A DNA stretch of 64,000 bases from Methanobacteriota archaeon (GTDB taxonomy: Archaea > Halobacteriota > Bog-38 > Methanoflorentales > Methanoflorentaceae), in assembly GCA_963720465.1 (NCBI GenBank), contig OY970393.1, positions 1,568,001 to 1,632,000 on the forward strand. The letters are read 5' to 3'. Shown here one piece after another: positions 9,211 through 18,329 of the stretch (position 1 is its first letter; each line of letters begins with the position of its first letter). The notes under the pieces were generated by a model. It was given only the letters and a program-made list of their open reading frames with translations, did not search any database and had not been told where the DNA came from. The translations under genes and the position numbers were made by a program.

Positions 9211-9558
9211 GATGTACCTCGCAAACAGCTCGTTTATGGTCAACACCAGGTAGAGTGTTATAAGGATTTCGATTTTATCATGAGGCTTTATTAGCTAAGC
9301 CGTCGTGGCTCTCGATGTGTTGGAGCGGTCTAGCTTTACTGAGCGCATAATAATGGGGACGGAGCCGACGCGTCTTTGGATTATTTGACGTTGCGCACTA
9401 CGCGCGGCATGCGCTCAAACGTCTTCAAGCGTCTTGAGCTTATTACTTTCACAACTTCCTCGCGAAAAACCCAACTTCAAGCAAAACCGAGGAGATCGCG
9501 ATGTTGCTGTGCCTTTCGTGTAAGCATTTCTATCAGCTCTGCCCGGTGCCCGAAAAAA

Positions 9559-9579
9559 TGGAGCCCAAGCGGAGATTTG
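9559..9579 (-). mobile_element. Isolated tRNA 3' fragment (probably Thr): att-like integration scar
   Basis: Minus strand CAAAT-CTCCG-CTTGGGC-T-CCA followed by TTTTTT, i.e. T-loop end, T-stem, acceptor strand, U73 and CCA. No 5' half upstream. Confidence 0.65.
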
Positions 9580-9742
9580 CCAGACACGCGTCCTATCGTC
9601 CCGAGGGGTGTGCGCAGTTTGAACCGGTTGAGTTCAAAAGAGAGCGAAGAGGATGATCTAGATAAATTGCCGCTTCGCGATCAGTATGAGGGTGCCTCGC
9701 GCCTCAGGCCCTTCTCAGTAGAACCAATCTCACGCAAACACT

Positions 9743-11497
9743 TCATCCCTTACCCGCCCAGCTCCGAGCAATCGCCACATCGACATCGAGCGGGACGTTA
9801 CGTAGAAACTCAGCTCCAGCCGCCCTCATGTGGTAGGCGACGGTCTCAGCTACCGCAGCAGCGCGTACCTGTTGCGCTTCGACCACCAACTCATCGTGCA
9901 CACAGCAGACGATTTTTGCCCTCGTAGAACTCAATGCTTCGTGGAGAGAGGTCAACGCGCGTTTCATAATATCCGCAGCAGTTCCCTGTACCCGCGTGTT
10001 CAACAGTTCGGTCAGCTTTGGTTCTTGGCCGTCCTCCCACCTGCGTATTCTTCCGCTCAAGGTCCGGATAGAGACCAAAGGTGTGGTGCTCACGCTGCGG
10101 TGGAACGCCCGCACGCCTGAGTACGCATCAAAGAAACGCCGGCGAAACTCGATCGCATCCTCAAGGGTAAAGTGCACCCCATAGATGTAATTCGCATATC
10201 GTCGTAAGCTCCGTGCACCCATTCCGTAGATGAGGCCGATGTTCAGCACCTTTGCAATAAGGCGCTCGTCCTTCGTCACCTGGTCAAGGGGCGTATCGAG
10301 CACGAGCGACGCGGTCAACCGATGCAAGTCCTCCCCCCGTTGGAACGCCCGCGTCATGGTCTCATCACCGCTGATGTCAGCGACGACCCGCAGCTCAAAT
10401 TGCGCGTAGTCGGCGATCACGAGGCGATGGTCGCGTGCCGCTACAAAACACTCCCGCACCGTACCGTCTCGTGGAATCTGCTGCAGGTTGGGATTGCGGC
10501 ACGCGAATCTCCCGTTCACCGTGCCGACCTGAAGAAAGGTGGGGTGTATCCTCCCCGTCAACGGATGGACGTGCTTAGGGAGTGCATCCAAAAAGCCGTT
10601 TTTAAGCTTTAAGACGTGCTTGTAGCGAATGTAGCGGGGTATTGCGGGATGTAGCTCCTCATACTTCAGCAACTCGCTCTCTCGTACGTTGCGGACGGGA
10701 ACGCCTGCGCTTCTGAAGGCGTGCTTCACCTGCTGGGGGCTACCGAGATTGATGGCGGCGACGTCACCGAGGGTACGCTGTCCCGACGTCGTCAGCTCAC
10801 GACACACCTCGTACGCGAGGTCCCCCTCCAACTCGTTATAGGTGTCCTGCAACGTTCGCCATTGTCCCATATCCATGAGCATGCCGTTGCGCTCCATCGC
10901 CGCAACCGCGGGGAGGCAGTTACATTCTAAGCGCATGCAGTCCGTGAGGCCTGCGCTCTCGATATGCTCCGATAACGCCGCATGGAGGCTCAAGACCACG
11001 CCGACAGTTTGCCCCGCACATTGAAGGTGTCGCTCGGTGAGGGTACCAGCTCGAAAACTGCCGCCCGTTTCCGGCATGTACTCGTCAAGATACGCCCTTG
11101 CCACGGTTTTCAGATCGTGTTTTACCTCCAGCCCGCCCTTAAGCAGTTGCGAGGCAAGCATCGTATCGAAATAGGGGCTTGAGAGGTCGAATCCTGCCTG
11201 ATAGAGGAACTTGAGGGCTAGTTTCCCATTATGCATTACCTTGACGGCCGGTGTCGTAAAGAGGTCGTGCAGCTTCGCCAATCCCCTCTGGGGCACCTGA
11301 GCACAATCAATAACGGCCGGAGGATGGCCGTGTACGACCAATTGAAGCGTTCGTATCCGATCAACAAAGGTGTCGGAACCCGTGGTTCCGAGAGCTAACG
11401 CTATGACCGACGAAGGTGCGATACGCTCAATGATGGCAGTAAGATGTTCTTCAGTGGCGATATATTCGTATTGCGGCGAAACGCTTCGCTGGGTCAT
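9743..11497 (-). CDS. polA: Family A DNA polymerase lacking the 5' nuclease, with a degenerate 3'-5' exonuclease domain
   Basis: GRIHPTFLQ, PNLQQIP, motif A IADYAQFELR, motif B RLIAKVLNIGLIYG, QGTAADIMK, motif C VHDELV. Likely ATG at 11497 (ORF open to 11665). Confidence 0.93.
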   Translation of the reverse strand: MTQRSVSPQYEYIATEEHLTAIIERIAPSSVIALALGTTGSDTFVDRIRTLQLVVHGHPPAVIDCAQVPQRGLAKLHDLFTTPAVKVMHNGKLALKFLYQAGFDLSSPYFDTMLASQLLKGGLEVKHDLKTVARAYLDEYMPETGGSFRAGTLTERHLQCAGQTVGVVLSLHAALSEHIESAGLTDCMRLECNCLPAVAAMERNGMLMDMGQWRTLQDTYNELEGDLAYEVCRELTTSGQRTLGDVAAINLGSPQQVKHAFRSAGVPVRNVRESELLKYEELHPAIPRYIRYKHVLKLKNGFLDALPKHVHPLTGRIHPTFLQVGTVNGRFACRNPNLQQIPRDGTVRECFVAARDHRLVIADYAQFELRVVADISGDETMTRAFQRGEDLHRLTASLVLDTPLDQVTKDERLIAKVLNIGLIYGMGARSLRRYANYIYGVHFTLEDAIEFRRRFFDAYSGVRAFHRSVSTTPLVSIRTLSGRIRRWEDGQEPKLTELLNTRVQGTAADIMKRALTSLHEALSSTRAKIVCCVHDELVVEAQQVRAAAVAETVAYHMRAAGAEFLRNVPLDVDVAIARSWAGKG

Positions 11498-11875
11498 CTC
11501 TGTCTCCGCACGTTCAATACGTGTGTGAATACGCCCTTCGAGCCCCACCGTTGCGCGTACTGCCTTGCTATTTTGGACAAATCTCGCGTGTATCTTCGAA
11601 CGAAAACGGTGGGGTAAACGAGAGGGTATTGAGTCTCTTTCTCTAAAACTGTATGTTTTGTCCAAAAGAAGGATGAAAGTATTTGTCGCTAAAAGCGAGT
11701 CTTAGAACAGCGACGAGAACCGCGACGAAAGATTACCTCAGAATCAAATTATAGCGCATTGCAACCCGACTAGTCCAAGCTTAGATAGCCCCCCATAACG
11801 GGGCGCGAAATCTGAGGTATTAAGCTGCACTAGTAATATAGTGTGATCAACAGTAAAAAATAGAGGCGATGAAAA

Positions 11876-12061
11876 ATGCTAGATAAAACAATTTCTGAGC
11901 ACTTTGTCAACAAAACGATAGAAGTGTACTTCGGCGGCCGGCCGAATGAAACCCTGACTGGCAAGGTAGTCGGAAGTGCCGACGGGGTGATCATCATCGA
12001 GCATGACAACCGCCGGGATATTATCAACGCTGAGCGAGTGGTCGCTTTTTGGGAAAAATAG
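11876..12061 (+). CDS. Small MM0924-like (Sm/LSm-like fold) protein, copy 1
   Basis: 61 aa, GAGG SD, T-rich tract downstream; 50/61 aa identical to 61563-61748, with many synonymous changes, which supports coding. Confidence 0.85.
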   Translation: MLDKTISEHFVNKTIEVYFGGRPNETLTGKVVGSADGVIIIEHDNRRDIINAERVVAFWEK

Positions 12062-12629
12062 ACGCAACTGACTCAGCCAATGTCCTCCCCTTCTTTTTGC
12101 TTTCTTTAATTCTGTACCCGTTTACGGGAGATTGCATGAATCGAGGGTTTAGAGTCGAGTGTGCTGCCTAAGAGCCACGTACGCCTTTATAGGAAGTAGC
12201 TCTCTCCCCCCCTCGCGAACTTTCTTGATCAAGTAAATTTGATGATTATCAAAAAAACTTAACTTGATAAAGGATGAAGTGCATGATGCCCATGGGGCGT
12301 TGGAGCTGGATTAGACAGGGACATGTGAGACAGTTTCATACCTGCGAAAAGATTGACGCGGCTGATGTCGGAGCTAAGATGGGTGCGGATCCATTAACTC
12401 CTTCCGATGGTCACACTGCTTGAGGCCGCGTCCCAGTCTTTTCGACGATGCACGCCTCTTCACCTCGGGAGATGCGTGCCTCTTCCCTGTTACCAGCTCC
12501 TCTCGAGTCCCTCAGAACGGCTTTGGCCGTCACTGTGCTTGAACAAGTTTTACGATCGGCTGTGAATGATTTGGGGGACCAATACGAACACAACGCAAAG
12601 ATACGAATCTGTGCAGCGATCTGCGCCAG

Positions 12630-12743
12630 CTCATCAGCCATCTTTAAAAGGAGAAGATAGATACGTTGTACAACGTAATCGCCGTAGCTCACGCCATTAT
12701 CGCGAAGAACGTCGCAGCAACTCCGAAGCTTCTGAACCGTATC
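12630..12743 (-). pseudogene. hsdM: N-terminal fragment of type I restriction-modification methyltransferase HsdM
   Basis: DTVQKLRSCCDVLRDNGVSYGDYVVQRIYLLLLKMADE resembles the EcoKI-family HsdM N-terminus (VxKLWxxCDxLRDxGVSY..Y...L..LLFLKM). No start codon and no MTase motifs follow. Confidence 0.75.
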
Positions 12744-12888
12744 TGGACCTCGATGATAATCTGAGTGGCATGGGTTCCCCCATACGACGATTCACGTGTT
12801 TTTTGAGAGATAAAGGCGCGAAGCAGCGTTGCAGATCTGCAACGGGCATTCAGTTCCGTGCTAGTCGCTGCATGAAACTTGTTCCACA

Positions 12889-13923
12889 TCACTTATCGTG
12901 CTTGTGCGGGACTAAGTCGCCATAGTCGTGTCCACTCACGTAGTGATGCTCTTCGCCTGATGCATTGAGCGGATCGACGTGTATCACGGCGTTTGAGAGA
13001 TAGGTAAGGTGATGCAGGAGCTGATGGCGGACCTCTTTCGCAATGACGTGCCCTGCTTCAACTGATAACTCACGATCTGCGGCAATATTTACCTCAGCGT
13101 GGAGGCGGTGACCAATCCACCGGACGCGCACCTCCGTAACATCCTTCACGCCTTCTGTGTGCACAGCGGCATCCCGAATCTCGTCGGGAATGGCAGGATC
13201 GATGCCGTCGATAGCCCGGGTAAACACCTCGTTGCCTGAACTCCACACAATACGCAGGATGGCCACCGTTATGATAAGTCCGATGAGTGGATCGGCAAGC
13301 GGGAAGCCGAGGTACACGCCCACGGCTCCGAAGAACACGGCCAGGCTTGTCAGCCCATCGATGCGGGCGTGATGGCCATCGGCGACGAGCGCAGCGCTTC
13401 CGATCTCCTTGCCAACGTTGATGCGAAAGACCGCAACGATCTCGTTGCCTGCAAACCCGATCAATGACGCGGCCACCACCGCCCACAGAAACTGCACTAC
13501 CTGCGGGTGGAAGAGGCGGTTAATTGACTCGTAGCCTGCCAGAATAGCGCTAAAAAGAATGATGAGCACAATGGCGATGCCTGCCAGATCCTCCACCCGT
13601 CCGTATCCGTAGGTGAAACGCTTCGTCGGCTTCCACGTGCTCATGCGAAAGGCGAGCCAGAGCGGGACGGCCGTCAAGGCGTCGCCCACGTTGTGGATGG
13701 TGTCGGCCAGCAGCGCAACGCTTCCCGAGTAGTAGACGATAACGGCTTGCAGGATGGCGGTCGCCATCAGTCCTACCAACGACCACTTGAGCGCCCAGAT
13801 CCCTCGTTTCGAGGTAAGGATGGACGGGTCAATCACGCCGTGCGTGTGGCCGTGTGAATGCTCGTGTGAAGGCGAATGCGTATCAGCACTCCGATGCGGG
13901 CGCTTAAGAGTCACCATTGACAC
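12889..13923 (-). CDS. Cation diffusion facilitator (CDF) metal transporter
   Basis: His-rich N-terminus, SVALLADTIHNVGD, FTYGYGRVEDLAG, LVADGHHARID, and a C-terminal dimerisation domain ending IHVDP. Confidence 0.95.
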   Translation of the reverse strand: MSMVTLKRPHRSADTHSPSHEHSHGHTHGVIDPSILTSKRGIWALKWSLVGLMATAILQAVIVYYSGSVALLADTIHNVGDALTAVPLWLAFRMSTWKPTKRFTYGYGRVEDLAGIAIVLIILFSAILAGYESINRLFHPQVVQFLWAVVAASLIGFAGNEIVAVFRINVGKEIGSAALVADGHHARIDGLTSLAVFFGAVGVYLGFPLADPLIGLIITVAILRIVWSSGNEVFTRAIDGIDPAIPDEIRDAAVHTEGVKDVTEVRVRWIGHRLHAEVNIAADRELSVEAGHVIAKEVRHQLLHHLTYLSNAVIHVDPLNASGEEHHYVSGHDYGDLVPHKHDK

Positions 13924-14005
13924 TGTAGCCTACCAGCGGTAGTAGCCTCCCTAATTATTGGTCGCAAACCTACTGGACTTCAACGCGCCGCAGAGCGTCT
14001 TGATC

Positions 14006-15334
14006 TCACAACGTCTCTTCGTCCTTCGTATTGACGTAATGGAAGAATATGTCCGGACATATCTTGTATATCTTCTTCCCGGCGTATTCCGCCATGTTCC
14101 CGGATGCGAGAAGGATTACGTCAACGCCTCTCGACGCATAGGAAATCGCCTTGTTGATCACATCAACTCCAAAATCAAGTGAAATTGCATGATGCTTCGC
14201 TAGCAGCTTGGCATTTGTCCCCATCGCGCCGATTTTTGTTCCCCTGTTGCTTTCGATCAACTTTTTTGCACGCTCTGCAACACGCTCATCGTACCGTTCG
14301 TTGTCGTGCACTTTGAAGATTACAATGTCCCCTTTCTTTGGAGTGCTGTCATCGTCCAACCCGACGACTGCCATGCCGTCTTTTTGTGTGAGGATTTCTC
14401 CATCGCTAGCACCCTCTGGTGCAACGACCCACGAATCGCGTGAATGAGCAAGCGCAACGCGCTCCCCTTTATGCAACCTCTCGGAATTCTCAAAAAATTT
14501 TATCGATGGCGCTTCGACTTTGGTGACGAGGTCCATTATGTCAAATGGCGCCTCTCCTCGTTTGCAGACGAAGTTCCTCGCCTCTAGTTCGTTATATATG
14601 GATACAAATGACGGTAGTTCGAGACTTGATAGTCGGCCGATCTCCGCATCCGAAAACACGTCTTCTGGAGTTCCACGCCCCACTATCTTTCCATTCTTCA
14701 TAATGACGCATTCATCCGCCCACGAGGCAGCAAACTCAACGTTGTGTGTGGCAACGATGATTGTTCGCCCCTTGGAGTGGAGCTCATCGAGGAGGTCATT
14801 AAATTCAAGGCATCCCAGCGGGTCCAGTCCAGAATGTGGCTCATCAAGGGAGATAATTTCAGCATCCATAATTAAGGTGCCTGCCAAGGCAACCCGCCGC
14901 TTCTCTCCGCCGCTGAGCGCGCCGGGTTGTCTGTCTCGGAGGCGAGTGATGTTGAGCACCTCAAGAACCTCCTCCACTCGTTCCTTTACGCGCGTCTCAT
15001 CCATGCCAAGATTTCTGGGCCCAAAGGCGACGTCCTGGTACACCGTCGGCGCAAACAACTGATCGTCGGAGTTCTGGAAAATCATTCCCACCTTGGTCCT
15101 CACCCAGTTGATATTGGCAGCGTTGACAGGTTTGCCGAGAATTGCCACCTCGCCGCTCGTAGGCATATGGAGGCCATTTAGGTGCAGGAGCAAGGTCGTC
15201 TTGCCACTTCCGTTCTCTCCTAAGAGGACTACCTTTGTGTGCTCTTCAATTTTGAGATTGATGCCGTCCAAGGCAGCGGCGCCGTTGGGGTACTTGAACA
15301 CGACGTTCTTAAACTCTATGGCTGACGCCATCAC
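14006..15334 (-). CDS. cbiO: ECF Co/Ni transporter ATPase CbiO with a ~190-aa C-terminal extension
   Basis: Walker A GENGSGKTT, FQNSDDQLFAPTV, LSGGEKRRV, LDEPHSGLD; operon context. Confidence 0.92.
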   Translation of the reverse strand: MMASAIEFKNVVFKYPNGAAALDGINLKIEEHTKVVLLGENGSGKTTLLLHLNGLHMPTSGEVAILGKPVNAANINWVRTKVGMIFQNSDDQLFAPTVYQDVAFGPRNLGMDETRVKERVEEVLEVLNITRLRDRQPGALSGGEKRRVALAGTLIMDAEIISLDEPHSGLDPLGCLEFNDLLDELHSKGRTIIVATHNVEFAASWADECVIMKNGKIVGRGTPEDVFSDAEIGRLSSLELPSFVSIYNELEARNFVCKRGEAPFDIMDLVTKVEAPSIKFFENSERLHKGERVALAHSRDSWVVAPEGASDGEILTQKDGMAVVGLDDDSTPKKGDIVIFKVHDNERYDERVAERAKKLIESNRGTKIGAMGTNAKLLAKHHAISLDFGVDVINKAISYASRGVDVILLASGNMAEYAGKKIYKICPDIFFHYVNTKDEETL

Positions 15335-16140
15335 AGCACCCCCACCAACACTATGCCTGCGACGATAGCGAGCGCGAATGCTGCGAACAGATAGTCTTTC
15401 TTGGCGAAACGCTCAAACTTACCTCCGATATCGGCGTTTTGCGTATACCCGCGCGCCTGCATGCTCATAATGACTCTATATGACCTATCGAAGGATCGAA
15501 TGAACAGCATCCCTGCGATGACAGAAAGGTTGTTTATTTTTTTAAACCAGCTTAACTTCGAGGAGAAGCCCAGTCTCGCCTGTTGAGCGTGAAACATCGT
15601 CGTGAACTCCCCTGCAATCACCGAGACATAGCGAAACATAAGCAACATTAGGTTCCTCAGCTCAACCGGCATCTTGTACCACCTGAGCGCTTCGATCAAT
15701 TCTAACTGCGACTTGGACTCCACGAGGAGGAACAGAATCGACACTGAAGCAAGGACTCGATTGGCTAGCAGCCACCCTGAGGCGATTCCCTGGGCATATA
15801 CCGGCCAGATTACCGTAAAAACCACTGTGGATCCGTACGTCCAAGCCTGGACGACGAAAAGGAACACAGCGATACCAATGGGGTACAACAACAGTTTCAG
15901 GTAGGCAGCACGTGAACGGACCGAGTACATCGTGATGGAAAGCACCACAACGAAAACGGTACCGGGCACGTACCACCGCGTTGCTGCGGAAAGTGCGAGT
16001 ATGACAATAAAAGCGGCGGGTAGCAGGACCCTGGCATCAACGTGCCTGAAAACGCTGGTGCCGGGGCGATCCGAGCCTAAACCGCTTTCGCCTAGTAGTT
16101 TTGCGGGGTTCCATTCAGGAGCGTATTTCTTTAGATCCAT
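15331..16140 (-). CDS. cbiQ: ECF transmembrane component CbiQ
   Basis: DARV, MFRYVSVI, QQARLG, LFIRSFDRS and MQARGY motifs. Confidence 0.92.
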   Translation of the reverse strand: MDLKKYAPEWNPAKLLGESGLGSDRPGTSVFRHVDARVLLPAAFIVILALSAATRWYVPGTVFVVVLSITMYSVRSRAAYLKLLLYPIGIAVFLFVVQAWTYGSTVVFTVIWPVYAQGIASGWLLANRVLASVSILFLLVESKSQLELIEALRWYKMPVELRNLMLLMFRYVSVIAGEFTTMFHAQQARLGFSSKLSWFKKINNLSVIAGMLFIRSFDRSYRVIMSMQARGYTQNADIGGKFERFAKKDYLFAAFALAIVAGIVLVGVL

Positions 16141-16253
16141 CGTTCCCCCTGTCTATATTCGCCTGCGATCTCTGTGGGGTTCGTTCCAGAACTTTAGGGA
16201 AGCTTCATTTTGCAATGGACGTGATGCGTACCCTTAGCGCATCTGGCGGTGAG

Positions 16254-16382
16254 CTAGCGGGTGGTTTCCCGCCTTTTATCCAGCTGTCTGTGTCTCACAT
16301 ACCGGCCCAGGAAAAGCATCGTAAAAAACCCTAGAGTGGTGAATAGCCCCGATAATGGATCCCCATTTATTATTTCAACCAT
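16254..16382 (-). CDS. Unannotated 42-aa single-TM protein inside the cbi operon
   Basis: The ATG overlaps the cbiN stop (TGATG). MVEIINGDPLSGLFTTLGFFTMLFLGRYVRHRQLDKRRETTR is one TM helix followed by a basic tail. Confidence 0.6.
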   Translation of the reverse strand: MVEIINGDPLSGLFTTLGFFTMLFLGRYVRHRQLDKRRETTR

Positions 16383-16696
16383 CAGTTGTGCCTCGTAACT
16401 TCAGTTGTACCTTGTATGTTACTTGTTTCTTCGAACGTCATTACCCAAAGGTAGCCGCAGAAGAAGCCGCCTGCCATACCGATCGAACCAAATCCAATGT
16501 ATTCCATGTTTTGAGTAACGTAGTACCACGAATCGTGGGCCTGTCCACCCCCAGCTGCGGTAGCTAGATCGTTAACCTTGTCATCAGCGCCCCCACTCAT
16601 ATTGAAGCCAAGGGCGGTTCCAACGTAGAAGCTGGTGATGATGAACGCACACAGTAGCGCACATGCTATCAACGCATTCTTAGTAAATTTGTCCAT
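16382..16696 (-). CDS. cbiN: CbiN-like two-TM cobalt transport protein
   Basis: Two TM helices around a GGADDKV loop, GGFFCGYLW; lies between cbiM and cbiQ; GGAGGT SD. Confidence 0.75.
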   Translation of the reverse strand: MDKFTKNALIACALLCAFIITSFYVGTALGFNMSGGADDKVNDLATAAGGGQAHDSWYYVTQNMEYIGFGSIGMAGGFFCGYLWVMTFEETSNIQGTTEVTRHN

Positions 16697-16759
16697 CCTA
16701 CTTACCTCCTACAGTCGACCTGGTCGGCTCCGGCGTATAGCCGGCGGAGCTACATCATT

Positions 16760-17449
16760 TCAGGCCGCACCACCAGTCGTCTCAGTCGTCTTGACTGGTG
16801 GCGGTGTCCAGCCGGCATACTTCATCATTTCAGGCCGCACCTCGGCGATGTAGCGCACGACAAGCCCGGTAAACACGAGCTCCATTATCGCGAGGGGGAG
16901 CTGTGTCGGCGCATATCCCAGCATGAAGATACCAATATAACGAAGCACCGCTTCCGGATGAATCGATATGGCGAGCTCAAATGCCGCTGTGAGATAGGTG
17001 AGGATATCACCTACAAATCCCGCCAGCCCAGCAGCCCAAAAAATGCTTGTGCGCCCTCGCAACGCTAGCCACACCCCGTATCCGCTAAACGCTCCCACAA
17101 TTCCCATCGACCAGTCGTTCGCACCGATCGTTGTTAGCCCTCCGTGTCCGACGAACGTTTGGAAGAAGAGAACTATGGAAGTAACGGCAGCCACGGGAAA
17201 TGGTCCTACGATGATAGCGGCCATGGGCGTCCCACAAGGATGAGAGCTTGACCCAGTGACTGGTACAGGAACGTGCCATACCGAGATAACCAGCACGGCT
17301 GCAGACATCAGTGCTAACATAGGCAGATACTGTGCGTTGTTTATTGACTTCCGTCGAATTTGAATAACTCCGATGGCAATAAACACTAGAGCGACTAGCC
17401 ACCAAAAGATTACCCACGCCGGCGACAATATACCATCAGCAATGTGCAA
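16760..17449 (-). CDS. cbiM: ECF Co/Ni substrate component CbiM
   Basis: MHIADGIL N-terminus, GSSSHPCG, HGGLTTIGAN, PTQLPLAIME; TTG start after AGGTGA. Confidence 0.93.
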   Translation of the reverse strand: MHIADGILSPAWVIFWWLVALVFIAIGVIQIRRKSINNAQYLPMLALMSAAVLVISVWHVPVPVTGSSSHPCGTPMAAIIVGPFPVAAVTSIVLFFQTFVGHGGLTTIGANDWSMGIVGAFSGYGVWLALRGRTSIFWAAGLAGFVGDILTYLTAAFELAISIHPEAVLRYIGIFMLGYAPTQLPLAIMELVFTGLVVRYIAEVRPEMMKYAGWTPPPVKTTETTGGAA

Positions 17450-17464
17450 CTAAATCACCTTTTC

Positions 17465-17517
17465 TTGGTTTAAGTCAAATCTTTTCAATTAAATCAATTT
17501 TTTTTGATATAAGTCAA
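17465..17517. promoter_or_regulatory. Three tandem imperfect TTGA-N6-TCAA palindromes upstream of cbiM
   Basis: TTGGTTTAAGTCAA (17465), TTCAATTAAATCAA (17484), TTGATATAAGTCAA (17504); spacing 19-20 bp. Confidence 0.55.
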
Positions 17518-17948
17518 TTTATCCTGATTCGCTAGCTTGTTTGCAGGGTCTTTTTATTTATACGTTGCGCGTTGCGAGCGACATCATCAGTGTTCAGCAG
17601 CATGGGTCACGCCTTTCTTTCTGGATTTACCACTGGATTGAGGAAAGGTTTGTTTGTTCGGTCAGTCGCAAGTGTGCTCGGTCGGCAGGCAGTTTCGCTT
17701 GTCATTTGCGACAAACGGCGAGTAGCGCGTCGTCACCATCATGATTTGTCTCGAGCCGTGCAAAGTCGACCCTGCCATTTAGTAGTTGTGGTTAGCCTTC
17801 CTCGACTAAGCGCCAGAGCACCCAAAATAACCGTAAGCGAAAAGTCGTGCGGAAGCGAATAGCAAAAACCATCAAAGATCTGATGATAAGCGTGCGTAAA
17901 TGTTACTGATGCACGAGGCCCTCTGCCACGCATGCGCTTAAATCTGAT

Positions 17949-17970
17949 TATATGAATAGTAATTCATATA
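17949..17970. promoter_or_regulatory. SmtB/CzrA/CadC-type operator
   Basis: Perfect inverted repeat TATATGAA-N6-TTCATATA abutting the arsR-family ATG, just downstream of a TATA-like GCTTAAAT. Confidence 0.85.
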
Positions 17971-18329
17971 TGAGTGAAATCTGTGACGTTTTCTGCCTAA
18001 ACAAGGAAGCTGTTGAGGGCGTGCGGGCGCAAATGCTTGACCGTCATCTTGTTGCAGGTACAGCCGAGATTTTTAAGGTGCTCGGCGATCCGACGAGAAT
18101 GCGACTTCTCTATGCGCTCGCGCTGCGCGAACTATGCGTGTGCGACCTCTCAGCGGTGCTCGGCATGACACAGTCCGCTATTTCTCACCAACTCCGCGTG
18201 TTGAGAAGCGCAAGGTTGGTCGAGTATCGGAAAGTTGGCAAGATCGTTTACTACGCACTTGCCGACGCACACGTCACGCAGTTCATCGACGTTGGAGTCG
18301 AGCATGCCCGAGAACTACAGCCACGGTGA
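17970..18329 (+). CDS. ArsR/SmtB-family metal-sensing repressor (CadC-like)
   Basis: N-terminal CDVFC, FKVLGDPTR, ELCVCDL, SAISHQLRVLR, alpha-5 site D.H...EH. Confidence 0.95.
   Translation: MSEICDVFCLNKEAVEGVRAQMLDRHLVAGTAEIFKVLGDPTRMRLLYALALRELCVCDLSAVLGMTQSAISHQLRVLRSARLVEYRKVGKIVYYALADAHVTQFIDVGVEHARELQPR

Noticed and set aside
9559-9640. Complete or intron-containing tRNA
   Set aside because: The sequence 5' of CAAAT on the minus strand lacks GTT, the matching T-stem strand and GCCCAAG.
11498-11665. 56-aa N-terminal extension of PolA
   Set aside because: Starts at TTG, is Arg/Ser-rich with no domain similarity; ATG 11497 with GGAG upstream fits the exonuclease-fold start better.
17450-17940. 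Cobalamin riboswitch upstream of cbiM
   Set aside because: No B12-box or conserved core recognisable by eye; an Infernal scan would be decisive.
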